From a virus: a stretch of 64,000 nt of DNA. Each line of letters starts with the position of its first letter. The stretch's first letter is position 1. A program made the position numbers and the translations under genes. Location of the stretch: the IMG/VR virus record IMGVR_UViG_3300034072_001395, positions 1-64,000 of that record; one strand, given 5' to 3'. Below, in pieces: positions 11,701-19,351 of this stretch. Below the pieces are notes generated by a model. The model was not told the origin of the DNA. It did not search any database and saw only the letters and a list, made by a program, of their open reading frames with translations.

Positions 11701-14248
11701 AGATGACGCCGGGCGGCAGCGACGCCAGCACCGTCTCCGGGTCGTCGCTCGCCTGGAGGGCGCGCTCGACGGCTGCACGGTCAATCTTCTCCGTGACCTC
11801 CTCGGCCTCGTCCACGGTCAGGAACTCGCCGTCGCCGCGCACGAGGACGTACCCGTCGTCGCCGTGGCGGGCGAGGGTGACGCCCGCGGGGAGGGCGATC
11901 TTCTCCAGATCGTTCACGTCCAGCGCGACGGGGCGGAGGTCGCGCAAGGGGATCGGCTGGCCGTTGCGCAGGTCGGGCCCCTGGCCTGCCACCTGCTCCA
12001 CGAACTCCTTGCTCTTGCGGCCGCGCAAGATCAGCGCAGCACGCGCCCGCGTCTCCGCCCGCGACTTGGCGTTGGCGACGCGGGCCTGGTCGCGCAGGAC
12101 CTCGAAGGCATCGAGGCTGTCGCGGGCCTTGGTGACGACCTGCTCGGTCGCCACGTCGCCCTTGCGGGCCATGTCCATGACCAGCGACGTGACCTCGCTC
12201 TGGATGTCGTCGAGGTCGAGCATGTTGAGCGGATCCGAACGGTCCTGCTTCTTCGCCTCCGCGAGCATCTTGCGCCAGCCCGCCGGGTTGACCGGCAGCT
12301 TGCCGGCCCTCGCCAGATCGCGCAGGCGCTCGCGGGCCTCGGCCACGAGGCGGAGGCGCTTGGCGTAGTCGTACATGTCCGCGTACCGCTCGACATCGCC
12401 CGTGGCGTCGGCCGCGCGGCGCACCGACGGGTGCATCCCCGGGTTGTCGAGGAGCAGGGCGCGCGCCACGTCCGACCCCTCGGGGTCGATGGACGACGGG
12501 CGCCACGCCGGGTCGGTCAGGACCACGCGGAGCGGCGAGGAGCCGAGCGCGTCCTCCACGTCGGCGAGCACGGCACGGTCCTGATTGTCGAGTTCCGACA
12601 TCGCCTGTGGCGCGTTGCTCCGGGCGCTGCCGCCCTCGGCGTTGCGCGCGGAGGCCAGGTCACCGCGAAGGTAACTGTCGCCGATCGTGTCAAGAACCTG
12701 CGCGGCGGCAGCCCGCTCGCTGCGACCGGCGGCCGCCTCAAGGGCTCCCACGAGGGCGGCGCCCTCACCGCGGGGGGCCTCCTGGGCGCTCGCCACGGTC
12801 GGAGCGGCGGCCACGGTGGAGGGCTTGACGCCGGCGAAGCGGGCCACGGCGCGCTTCGCCTTGACGGCGGCACTCACGCCGAAGTCGGTGAGGACGCCAG
12901 GGGAGAACAGCGATGTGCCGAGGCCGGCGACGCCGCCACCGATGGCGCCCGCGATGCGACCGGCCTGCGAGGCGGCCAGCACGTCCTCCGGGCTGGCGCC
13001 CTGCCGCCGGGCCAGGGCGCGGGCCGTCCGCTCGCCGAGGGTGCCGTAGGTCGTGCTCAGGGCGGTGACCGGCTCCTCACCAAGCGCCATCGACGACCCG
13101 ACGGACTGGATGAACCGGGAGACGTTGGCGCCGATGTCCGCCGCGCTACCCGGGTCCTTGGACGCCGCGCGGATGTTCTGCGCGGTGCCGCGCCCGGCGC
13201 CGATGGCGGCCGACATCACCTTGTCGTCGAGGTAGAACACCTGGTCCGCGACGGTCGGCGACTGGAACACCGCGTTGCCATTCACGTCGATGCCCATGTA
13301 CTGCACGGGCGCGTCGAACGCGGCGACCTTGGCGGCGGTCGCGTAGTCGCCCTCGCCGTACAGCTCGTTGAAGGACTTGCCCGTCAGGACGCTCTGCGGG
13401 ATCATGAAGCCCGCGGTGTCCGTGGCGAGGGCACCGACCTGGCGCCCCTGGAGCGAGAGCCCGGCGGCGAGCCGGACGGCGCGCGCGCGGATCCGCTGGT
13501 ACTCCAGCATGTCGGGCTCGGGGTTGCCCGTCTGCGCGATGAGCTTCTCCGTGATGGTGTCGATCAACTGCCCGAACATCTGCTCGGGCGGCAGACCGCT
13601 CCGCGTCTCCACCACGTCGGGGTTGGCCTTCTTGAACGCCTCCACGTCCTCGCGCAGACGCCGCTGCGCCGCGGACCCTGCGGCCGCGATGCCGCCGAAG
13701 GTGGTGCTCGGATCAGCGAAGAACGTCGGTGCCGGCACCACGCGCACGCCGTCGGAGCCGGCGCGGTGCGCCCGGTCGAGGTCGTCGACGAGGGCGTCGT
13801 AGGTCTGCGAGCCGGTGCGACCGGCCTCGAACCAGGGCTTGAGGTCCACGTCCGCGGCACGCTTGATCGCGTCGGGCGTGGTGCCCTTCTCGGCGGCGAC
13901 GTTGCCCAGCACGTCGTCGAAGGTCAGCGGCGACTCGGCGGCCTTGGCGCGGACACCGGCCTCGTACACCGACTTGCGCGCGTCTGCGGAGGAGACGGGC
14001 TTCGTGGTCCGCGTGGTGACGGAGGGAGGGGCGAAGGACGGCAGCGAGGGAGGCGCGTCAACCGCGCCCTTGACGGGCGGTGCGACTGGCGGCGCGGCAG
14101 TCTCATTGGCCGACGGATCGGCGGCTGGCCGCGCGACGGGAGGGGCGGAAGGCGCCAGGGAAGGGGGCGCATCCTCCGTGGCAGGCGCCGGGTCTGCGAC
14201 TCTCCGAACGACGGGAGGGCTGAACGACGGAAGGGACGGAGATGCCAC
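2780..14248 (-). CDS. Giant internal virion / ejection protein of large polyvalent type (3822 aa) with a zincin HExxH motif
   Basis: GTG start with AGGAG RBS; last of the ejection-protein series; HEVWH...E motif at about 10490-10684; ELQSD-type domain at about 8700-9960; C-terminal NY...RFFLPFWAW motif typical of such proteins. Confidence 0.8.
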   Translation of the reverse strand: MASPSLPSFSPPVVRRVADPAPATEDAPPSLAPSAPPVARPAADPSANETAAPPVAPPVKGAVDAPPSLPSFAPPSVTTRTTKPVSSADARKSVYEAGVRAKAAESPLTFDDVLGNVAAEKGTTPDAIKRAADVDLKPWFEAGRTGSQTYDALVDDLDRAHRAGSDGVRVVPAPTFFADPSTTFGGIAAAGSAAQRRLREDVEAFKKANPDVVETRSGLPPEQMFGQLIDTITEKLIAQTGNPEPDMLEYQRIRARAVRLAAGLSLQGRQVGALATDTAGFMIPQSVLTGKSFNELYGEGDYATAAKVAAFDAPVQYMGIDVNGNAVFQSPTVADQVFYLDDKVMSAAIGAGRGTAQNIRAASKDPGSAADIGANVSRFIQSVGSSMALGEEPVTALSTTYGTLGERTARALARRQGASPEDVLAASQAGRIAGAIGGGVAGLGTSLFSPGVLTDFGVSAAVKAKRAVARFAGVKPSTVAAAPTVASAQEAPRGEGAALVGALEAAAGRSERAAAAQVLDTIGDSYLRGDLASARNAEGGSARSNAPQAMSELDNQDRAVLADVEDALGSSPLRVVLTDPAWRPSSIDPEGSDVARALLLDNPGMHPSVRRAADATGDVERYADMYDYAKRLRLVAEARERLRDLARAGKLPVNPAGWRKMLAEAKKQDRSDPLNMLDLDDIQSEVTSLVMDMARKGDVATEQVVTKARDSLDAFEVLRDQARVANAKSRAETRARAALILRGRKSKEFVEQVAGQGPDLRNGQPIPLRDLRPVALDVNDLEKIALPAGVTLARHGDDGYVLVRGDGEFLTVDEAEEVTEKIDRAAVERALQASDDPETVLASLPPGVISREVARETIEDVVLESAAPRAYEDIIAAVRQEAGEVYAGTSRGSRLLAAAHDAAQARLMAAFPEASPARLRAALLHDPQEADLLAQIVDAFPIKEVDDMRAVFAQRSAGSLPWGADRSAGGALRAADAVASGMLRTIETFSGLEYVPYPALDAMRAVLEAAIPLPPKTSAAVYAALGRFYDSRTTTDGLRGALESVRAAARSELAEAGEALTDDAATILTNASASRFKRSTLTWFERAALRRRKGRKSILDVIRRERARAGRAGAGTRTVTDYEYDVIKHFVSMLGTERLKGLALAVVPSSAINSSAASLVSGVNYMASQVVGIARHTIDSGAFTRTVIHEVWHTMSQFLPKDTLAALYKQFIIERAAFAARTPGAFDAVAGGLSDFHPEGAYRYANFDEYVVEKMTDLVLIQSAKAVVEKGVAKGTLRVGSPAEQALNALADVARSMYTQVAAAHGHDAVAETFRGFQEDLFMARLRSGALSDITEVAAAERALKERWTAFLEDLANGVPPVVAQGAFDLRTRKFLESLAWVPADKFDDTAGAIEEGVDAGAMFSKVAEEAAFVTPGFVSRMEKAIEAMPGRRMPVDQFEAHLKTRGVKDAEKDVLGYAAFIDGVKGRGDKFVTKEEASEALRGTLERFTVRGSGVALVGRRQVEEALEAALAEADAATDLVRRAEGEAHELESLLAQQAFPVVDVNAPIAVIHFEDAADFVREYKAHSLLSGATDDGVASVSLAGLPYALLDVPNRHRAAVLDRLARQASPEMAPWVRLFAHVDANLGFFRRFGVTELAKAPQQSRKALVEQMKQPVVDDYTQARRKAANLQERQKALAGASIDPSRPGEMARDIEGVRYETYTIPGGRDTAEIVLEDAAQVPAPGKYRYHFTEQTAVHVRGKTRDSEVGEVFGMDELQSDHYQKNKDGVKGDGPLDGDLWKFAGIRAAVIEAARRGVKGIAAPEGDLAARAVGATPESDPKAYNGVVAFYNDQVPRLFDRVARDLGLRTAMVYVPDYGRAVKTILFDNKQIGDVPLFSKAASATPLPDALPRAPIRATVGNRTGHYAVRFASPIDAAIYTLASTDLTDDARRSIEGFLSSVLGRPFDMLNADMPNIQAVSKALSEAVGKTTKGSADPDKPTILRVPAAVPAPEGVKFGKWQTDDIGRPEEGPKVREFIDKADDADAALAEVDRLHRTAIQRSAAKGFPTLIVDATGEYGDALAAAVDERIRAVGLRLEVAFSNRSNTVYNIKKVEVPGAIEAAAKADKPKDATPKAKPEKHPRLPANLRGTPTLKVGTRNVDFASDLDRAAFLAAKGDGDFLDFVARNTLLTPDEIVAHGNAIKAQIEALAKGSKGTISIPQAFTGTFGAEAKRIKAEAKAAEKAAKEAAKAKAPVEAPPPAAPVEAPSAAPAPAPTQAPAPEPASPPAPVQAAPPPPPAPPPAAVPPKAKGGEPVFDVIARIVVDDKGDIKAIEGRSASDVQALFNVASRVRQGNKDLAGADYIDVPLTFADDVQADEAGAAIVFKVVNERARAALSPDEKAVERAESGLAALAARLEQIQADAQQYRTANGLVAQSAELDAIESALRINAEIRGLAAKRTAAMLRGQTAAPFFGAVPEAAEATQAALEDPSMARALKSALTALEGVRSPPATGGIQTRVSYGASTVPLMIDPPGGVPAKALVKPMSDEAEAVIAKHLKPPAEETDDYQIVIRFAGEDIPYSAAAYEKALDDALIRYTAKRKALQAAGITGAEFNRADRETRKALGVAIYERIIKSSMTEDELVEFMAGSNLATGDLHVPVPATPWQKAADKSVTPPDDLQAFIDDQPHLSVNYHPVPLFTARGFAPVSPADIPAIRSGRSAQKAIDVEAVTPPIGVRRAGERVVARSLTEAIDKALSAPFYDDGKGPPLIRQIAQILSIPFIGAAAQAPYLRAPAPIRSFLATLANEVEQGIGDAINIIQKSPSSDLMYRYLSGEPGLVDPYGAPITSSGNVNAAEVIRGGMQEVFEAWRASDEGKAVLPNIAPRQVVGGEFTDQPVPDVKVTAEMLLSELIEATREARKRGERIDVPAWINEHYIVTTTDGASAASKVSPKVEAALGVIMRAQVDRAPVRQTISVEQGKIAPEFLGDLRRTLFMQGDTDPNVYTPSDLPLLERLLDPAPDYADPMAIKRLFDDITSIVGLNTTDAAQAQNTRAINLAVMFAAYAQARHAAWRQMQAGVAVSPDQRALLSRALNGEYIEPSERAEADRLLRVFGPADTLVEVDIAGRREYLPSSAAQALGQSLMKARDPSLSAFRARGAGAMAQATADRLVRLANVAAIRGVFALRQGKIVTDTVDSFMRVITDIGVKAGILSLVRSAPSTLYGMIPGLAPVMQSIKSGADAASLRGTLLDVGEQGAAAAERIIEFFRTADPAARQKAADAAADAAARGMFDPSVRAIWLGEPVTVRTPAGAMTAQELRAVAQTYGVLSSFDTAVRSNANFALLVGMSIEDARKNPAKAARAFLAANPDTPPSVAREILRAPWKFVNFMADTTTNTIEAVGQIERLSLYVTMMRDGLDPVSAARSTAAVLLNYGRTVHGVDRSLILRFFLPFWAWSKNNNRRMLDLGATAQGLVALKRMRRYYQGTFSLMQNVVDAYGTDEYGIDARAMTPTQRDFYWSMVGALEDEYGYPLPPERVASLRGIVRGSVGARVFVKGQAYTTLPAAQASRAAIGARAFASRDDEQSVPRRIAPGRGSETTLPQYARDRGVVGLRYYNPRTASPHETALFIMQEPELASAISHFASLGNLAGYVLGASASGITTAMGEPIDYLPATDPLLSADTAMDVPFFQEVRTVLEGASAQTPTGATVRIPETLASLLIRANPDFVQVKRTALPLPFESANGETVTHVTEYRTSATVIAAVNLFTNYMPSDALKTVKDIEAVKKVIEEADTTDPAATVFKLWAAALGRPATIIADPDPTLPFDPAAMKERPPRVGGR

Positions 14249-14294
14249 GGGCGCTCCTGTGCGCCCCTATGCTAACCCGTTTGGCCGCGCCGGT

Positions 14295-15434
14295 CTACCT
14301 CGCCGATGGCGGTCCCACAAGGCGCGCCAGTTCGCTGAGCCAGGCGTACTGCGCGATCGCGGCGACCTGTTCGTCCTCGTCCTCGCTGAGCGCGGCGGCT
14401 CGCGCCTTGTTGATGAGCGCGTTCAACTCAGCACGCTTGGCGTCATCACTCCGGGTGGCCTCGATGTCAGCCTGGATCTGCGGCGCGTCCGGGCGCGGGA
14501 GAACAAGGGGGATGTCCTGACGGTCAGCCAGCGCGGCGAGGATCTCGTCCGTGCTCTTGGCGAACTCGCGCCGCTTCAGGAGCAGGGCGCCCGCTTCACG
14601 CATGGCCGAGTCGGGCACGTCCTCCTGGGCGTCGATCAGGTCCTTCTCGCGCTGGAGCTGCTGCGCGATGGTCGCCACTTGGATCGCGTCGGAGGCACCA
14701 GCGGCTCGGACGCGAGCATCAGCGGCCCTGTCGGACAGATCCGCTGCGGCGCTCACGTTCGTCTCCAGCGCGCGGTTGACGCGCGACAAGGCGGCGTCGG
14801 CCTCCTTCACACGCGCTACTGCGATGTCATGCATCTCCGCTGGGGCTCGATCGAGACGCGGCAGGCCGCTCAGGGCTTCTCGCCCCGCCCCTCCCCGAAC
14901 GGCTGCGGTGCGCTCGGCGGCAGCCCGCTGCTCGGGCGTATGCCGCGACAGAGAACGAACGGCGCGCGCGTAGGTTTCAAGGGCGGGCGTCACGCGCTGC
15001 GCGATCGTTGCAGGAGGCGTGGGCGCGCCATACGTCCGAAGGAACCGTTCGGAAGCGGACATCACTGGCGCGTAGGCGTCAAGGGTGGCCCGCGTCGCTG
15101 GCGCAGGCCTGAGTGCCCCTTGCGCCTGCGCGTCCGCCACGGAGATCATGCCGCTCTTCTTGATGTCGAAGTCGATCTCATCGGCGGGCGCCGGAGCGGG
15201 CGTCGGAGCCGGGGCAGGCGGTGGCGCTGAAGGCGGAGCGGGCGCAGGCGCGCGGGGCGGGGCCTGCGCCTCGACCTTCGGCGCGACCCGCGGCGCAGGC
15301 GTCGGCTTCGGCGGGGGCTTGGGCCTTGGCGCAGGCGCAGGCGCGGCCTTCGGCTCCTCCTTTGCCGCAGCGGCCGCAGCGGCCGCGGCCTTCTGCTTCG
15401 CCCGCATCTCCATGATCTCGGCGGCGGTCGCCAT
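14295..15434 (-). CDS. Pro/Ala-rich putative internal virion protein (379 aa)
   Basis: Position between ejection genes; low-complexity N-terminus and helical C-terminus. Confidence 0.6.
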   Translation of the reverse strand: MATAAEIMEMRAKQKAAAAAAAAAKEEPKAAPAPAPRPKPPPKPTPAPRVAPKVEAQAPPRAPAPAPPSAPPPAPAPTPAPAPADEIDFDIKKSGMISVADAQAQGALRPAPATRATLDAYAPVMSASERFLRTYGAPTPPATIAQRVTPALETYARAVRSLSRHTPEQRAAAERTAAVRGGAGREALSGLPRLDRAPAEMHDIAVARVKEADAALSRVNRALETNVSAAADLSDRAADARVRAAGASDAIQVATIAQQLQREKDLIDAQEDVPDSAMREAGALLLKRREFAKSTDEILAALADRQDIPLVLPRPDAPQIQADIEATRSDDAKRAELNALINKARAAALSEDEDEQVAAIAQYAWLSELARLVGPPSAR

Positions 15435-15437
15435 GTG

Positions 15438-18400
15438 TTACGCCTTCCTCATGCGGTTGGCACTGGCGAGCGGAATGGCATCCATGTCGGACGTGGCGCG
15501 GAGCGACTGCAAGAGCATCCGTGCGCCCATCGGCTTCGGCGCGGACTTGAACGCTCCCTGGCGCTCTGCTTCCTCCACGGAGATCACACCGCTGGGCTTG
15601 AACTCGAAGGTGGGCTCCTCCGCTTCCGCCGGCTTCGCGGGGGCGATACCGCCCTTGCGCAGCTCCCTGTCGAGCCCCTCGTTGTCGGACTGCTCAAGCG
15701 TCATCTCCACAGGAGGCATGCTCTCGGGCGCTGGCGCGACGCGCTCCAGGCGTTGCATCCGCGGATCGAGGCGCCTATCGGCGCCGACCGCCTGCTCGGC
15801 GCGAGGACCTTCGCCCGCCTGGACGGCGGGAGCGCCAGCCGGCCGGCCGACACGCTCACGACCAGGCGGCAGCGCCTCGCCTGCGTCGGAGGGGACCGCA
15901 GGCACGCGGCGGCGCATGGCGGCGTCGTCGCGCTCGGCGGCGCTGCCCCGGAGCAGGAGGCCCAGGCGCCCGGAGAGCGGTGCGCGCTTGGCGTCCGTAC
16001 CGCCCGCCTCCTCGAACTTGTTGCGCGCCGCGTTGGTGAGGATCTTGCCGAGGACGGACTGCGCCGCCTGCTGCTTGGTCTTGGAAGCCGGAGAGGCCAG
16101 GTCCACGGGGGTCTTCTGTCGCGGCAGCGGGTCCGGCGTGCTCTCCTCGATCGCCTCCTTCACGGCCTCCAGGCGGCCCTCGATCCGTGCTTCGCGTCCG
16201 CTGGAAGCGTCATCGGGCAGCGCGTCCAGTCGACGGCCGAGGCGGTCTGCGCGCCGTCCGAGCCGGGCCTCCTGGGGCGACGTGTTCGCCGCAGCGAGGA
16301 GGAAGGCTGCCCGCTGAGCGGCGCGCTGGACGACAGGATCGGGCGCGCCCGTCATGCCCAGGGTCACGGCACGATCCACCTGCTCACGAGCGCGGTCCTC
16401 GCGGCGCGCGGCCACGTCGGGCATCGGCGGGGACTTCTCCGGGGGCGGACCCTTGGCAACACGACGGAGTTCCTCGATCTCGGCCGCCGTGAAGGGCTTG
16501 TTAGTTGTGGGGTTGATGTCGGTGGACATCGCCGCCAAGTTCTCGGCGGGCGCCCGCTCCAGGCGGCGCTCCATGCGCTCCCTCTGCGCCTCGGCCCGCT
16601 CCGCCTTGATCTGCGCCTTGCGCGCGTCCGACCGACCGGACAGGAGAATGTCGCGGTTCGGCGTCGTGCTCTCACCGAACGCCTCCATCGCGTCGCCCTG
16701 CGAGATCCGCCGACCGATCTGCGGGACTTCCCGCCGCTCGATGTTCTGGTCGTCGCCGATGACGATGTGATCGCCGTCCGCCGTGCGGACCACGATGTCG
16801 CCGCGCTGCGTCTCCAGGGCGAAGCTCGCCGCCAGGGGCACCTCCACGGCCGTCCGCCGGACGGATCGAGGCGCCTTGTCGACGACCTCGTAGGTGTCCC
16901 GGTTGCGGTCGAGGAAGTCGGTCAGCGGATCCTTGCCCTTGGGGATCGCCTTGGGGTCGGCGTCTTCCTGCTTGTCGACCTCGCTGTAGTCGAGGCGGAG
17001 TTCCTGATCGGCCCACATCGGCGGGATCTCGGACGACTCCTCTCCGGTGGTGGTCTTGATACCCATCTGCGTGGTGAGGACCGCCACGCCCTCCGCGTCC
17101 GTCACGCCCCGTTCGCTGAGCGACTTCGCCAGGGCACTGTCGACGTTGCCGCGGATGCTGCGCACCTGCGCCGGATCGTCCTCGCTCCCGAACGCCACGT
17201 CGAGTGCGTCCTTGGCCGCGTTGGCCTTGGTGCCGAGTTCCGCCATCGACACTTCGGTGACCTTGCCGTCGATGACAGTGTACGCGGTGTCGGCGCCTTC
17301 GTTGAACAGGTAGGTGGTCGCGCCCTTCGCGTCCTGGGCAGCCACGCGCCCCTCAGCGTCCAGCATCAGGATCTTGACATGGGGCGCCGCGGCCTTCTCC
17401 AGTTCGGCGCGCGTCATGTACCGCTCGAAGCCCTTGATCTTGACGTAGCCGTCAGCGACCCTGTGCTCCGCGTCGAACTTCCTGCGCGCCTCCGGGCTGT
17501 CGAGCGGCTCATCGTACTGGATGGCGATCTCGCGCCCGGCGTGGCGGCCGATGGTCGGCGGGCGCTTCTTCTGGAACTGCCGCAGGAACTCCGCGTAGGC
17601 GTCGTAGTCGTCCGCCCCGGGCGAGTAGGTCCCGTCGTCGAGGATCTTGCCGGTGCGCTCGAAGCCGTGCTGCTTGGCCCAGGCGTGAAACCCGGGCTTC
17701 ATCAGCACGCTGCGCTTCTGGTCCACCTTGGGGTCGCCCTGCTGGAGCAACCCGCGGAACATGGCGAGGTCCTCAGTCGCCTCCGTGTAGCCGCGGAGCA
17801 CGTCGAGGGCCTGCTGCTGCAAGAGTGCTGCGCTCTCCGGGCTGTTCGCCGGGAGGCGCGACTCGAACCAGTCGGCGTTCTCCCTCTGGAGCTTCTGCGC
17901 GTCCGCCGCGATGGCGTCGGAGGACTTGCCCTTGGAGAACACCTGATCGGCGATCTTGATGTCCTCGTCGATCTTCTTGACAACCGCCGTGCCGTACTCG
18001 TGGGCCGACTTCGCTCCGACGAACAGGCCAGTGACCGCCTGTAGGGCGGCCTCAGTGCTGATCCCTGCCTCCCGCGCGCGGTCACGGAACTGCTCGGCCG
18101 TCAGGTCGTAGAGCCCATCAACGTTGATGTTGAGGCCCTCGCCCGCCGCCGCCATGAACGTCGCGGCGTACCCAGGACTGCGGTAATCCGTGTCCGTCAG
18201 GTATCCGCTGTCGCGGAGCGTCTGCGTGAACGCGCCCACCGCCGCGTCGGCGCCTTGCATCCCATTGACCGCTTTGACCTTGGAGACAGTGGCGGGGTCG
18301 CCGCGCGACATGCTGGTCTGCACGGCCGTCTGCGCGGCGAGCAGTGCCGCCTTGTGCCGCTGGGCGGCAGCGACCTGCGCCGCCGTGACGCCACCCTGCA

Positions 18401-18650
18401 TGCTGGCGATGGACGCGATCAGCTTCGCCCGGCTGTCGTGAGCGTCCGACAGCGCCTTGATCTCGGCGACGGTCCGCTGCGCGTGGGTCTTGGCGCCGGT
18501 CTGGTGGTATCGCTCGACCACCTTGGAGAGTTCCGTGAAGCCCCGCACAACGGCCGGATCGCGGGTCGCCTGGCTCGAAAGACGGTCGTAGCCGTCGAGC
18601 GCCGCGGGGGCGTTCTCTCGGAGCCAGTATTGCCACCATGCCGTCGTCAT
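15438..18650 (-). CDS. Putative internal virion / ejection protein (1070 aa)
   Basis: Large helical protein in the position of T7 gp15-like genes. Confidence 0.65.
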   Translation of the reverse strand: MTTAWWQYWLRENAPAALDGYDRLSSQATRDPAVVRGFTELSKVVERYHQTGAKTHAQRTVAEIKALSDAHDSRAKLIASIASMQGGVTAAQVAAAQRHKAALLAAQTAVQTSMSRGDPATVSKVKAVNGMQGADAAVGAFTQTLRDSGYLTDTDYRSPGYAATFMAAAGEGLNINVDGLYDLTAEQFRDRAREAGISTEAALQAVTGLFVGAKSAHEYGTAVVKKIDEDIKIADQVFSKGKSSDAIAADAQKLQRENADWFESRLPANSPESAALLQQQALDVLRGYTEATEDLAMFRGLLQQGDPKVDQKRSVLMKPGFHAWAKQHGFERTGKILDDGTYSPGADDYDAYAEFLRQFQKKRPPTIGRHAGREIAIQYDEPLDSPEARRKFDAEHRVADGYVKIKGFERYMTRAELEKAAAPHVKILMLDAEGRVAAQDAKGATTYLFNEGADTAYTVIDGKVTEVSMAELGTKANAAKDALDVAFGSEDDPAQVRSIRGNVDSALAKSLSERGVTDAEGVAVLTTQMGIKTTTGEESSEIPPMWADQELRLDYSEVDKQEDADPKAIPKGKDPLTDFLDRNRDTYEVVDKAPRSVRRTAVEVPLAASFALETQRGDIVVRTADGDHIVIGDDQNIERREVPQIGRRISQGDAMEAFGESTTPNRDILLSGRSDARKAQIKAERAEAQRERMERRLERAPAENLAAMSTDINPTTNKPFTAAEIEELRRVAKGPPPEKSPPMPDVAARREDRAREQVDRAVTLGMTGAPDPVVQRAAQRAAFLLAAANTSPQEARLGRRADRLGRRLDALPDDASSGREARIEGRLEAVKEAIEESTPDPLPRQKTPVDLASPASKTKQQAAQSVLGKILTNAARNKFEEAGGTDAKRAPLSGRLGLLLRGSAAERDDAAMRRRVPAVPSDAGEALPPGRERVGRPAGAPAVQAGEGPRAEQAVGADRRLDPRMQRLERVAPAPESMPPVEMTLEQSDNEGLDRELRKGGIAPAKPAEAEEPTFEFKPSGVISVEEAERQGAFKSAPKPMGARMLLQSLRATSDMDAIPLASANRMRKA

Positions 18651-18670
18651 GTGGAGATCCCTGTTGCGCC

Positions 18671-19300
18671 TCAGTAGTAGCGACTGACATCGGCCCCGCG
18701 GAGGTTCTGCATCGCCTGTGCCGCCGTGCTCGCCATCGCGGCCTCGTGCTCCTGCTGCTTGCCCGCCGCATAAGTGGCGAGGCCCGCATCCGTGCCCTTC
18801 TCGAACACCTGCGACAGTCCGGCGGCCGCACGATCGTAGGCGGCGACGTTCATGCCCTGCGCCTGCATGTAGAGGTTCCGCGCGTCCGCCTTGCGCTGCT
18901 GCCCCGCCGCTTGGCTCTCGGCGGCCACCCGCGCGCCAACCTGCGCAGCCATCTCGCCACGCGCCTGCGACACCGCGGCGCGATTGGCGTCGATCTGGCC
19001 TCCGCGACCGACGCCCTGCATGGCGACTTGCCGCATCTGCTCGGTGCGATCCGCCTGGGATGCCTGATCGTAGGCGCGCATCTCCGAGGCGATCAGGTTG
19101 CGCTTCTTGGCGCCCGAGTAGCCCCAGCCCTCACGCTGGCCGCGGGCCATCGCGGCCTCGGCCTGCCGGGTCATCTCCTTGCGCATCCGCCGCTGTGCGC
19201 GCGCGGCTGGCGTCAGCGCGGCGATGCCCTTGCCGAGACCGACGCCGCCAGCGGCGACGGCCCCCGCGATGATGGCCCCGCCGATGAGACCGATGGGCAT
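18671..19300 (-). CDS. Putative small ejection / pilot protein (209 aa)
   Basis: Gly/Ala-rich hydrophobic N-terminus (MPIGLIGGAIIAGAVAAGGVGLG) followed by Q/A/R-rich helices, as in gp14-like pilots; GGAGG RBS. Confidence 0.65.
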   Translation of the reverse strand: MPIGLIGGAIIAGAVAAGGVGLGKGIAALTPAARAQRRMRKEMTRQAEAAMARGQREGWGYSGAKKRNLIASEMRAYDQASQADRTEQMRQVAMQGVGRGGQIDANRAAVSQARGEMAAQVGARVAAESQAAGQQRKADARNLYMQAQGMNVAAYDRAAAGLSQVFEKGTDAGLATYAAGKQQEHEAAMASTAAQAMQNLRGADVSRYY

Positions 19301-19351
19301 ACTTCCTCCGCGTGCTCTCCCATCCTATCACGCTGGAGGCGATCGTGCCAC

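Noticed and set aside
2780-14248. Tape-measure protein or virion RNA polymerase interpretation of the giant ORF
   Set aside because: No tail tube or chaperone genes and no TMP repeats; no recognisable RNAP catalytic motif; context fits ejection proteins. A divergent RNAP cannot be fully excluded without a profile search.
3983-14275. 3430-aa plus-strand ORF
   Set aside because: Antisense shadow of the 3822-aa gene; stop-free because of high-GC codon bias; R/G/V/L-rich with no motifs
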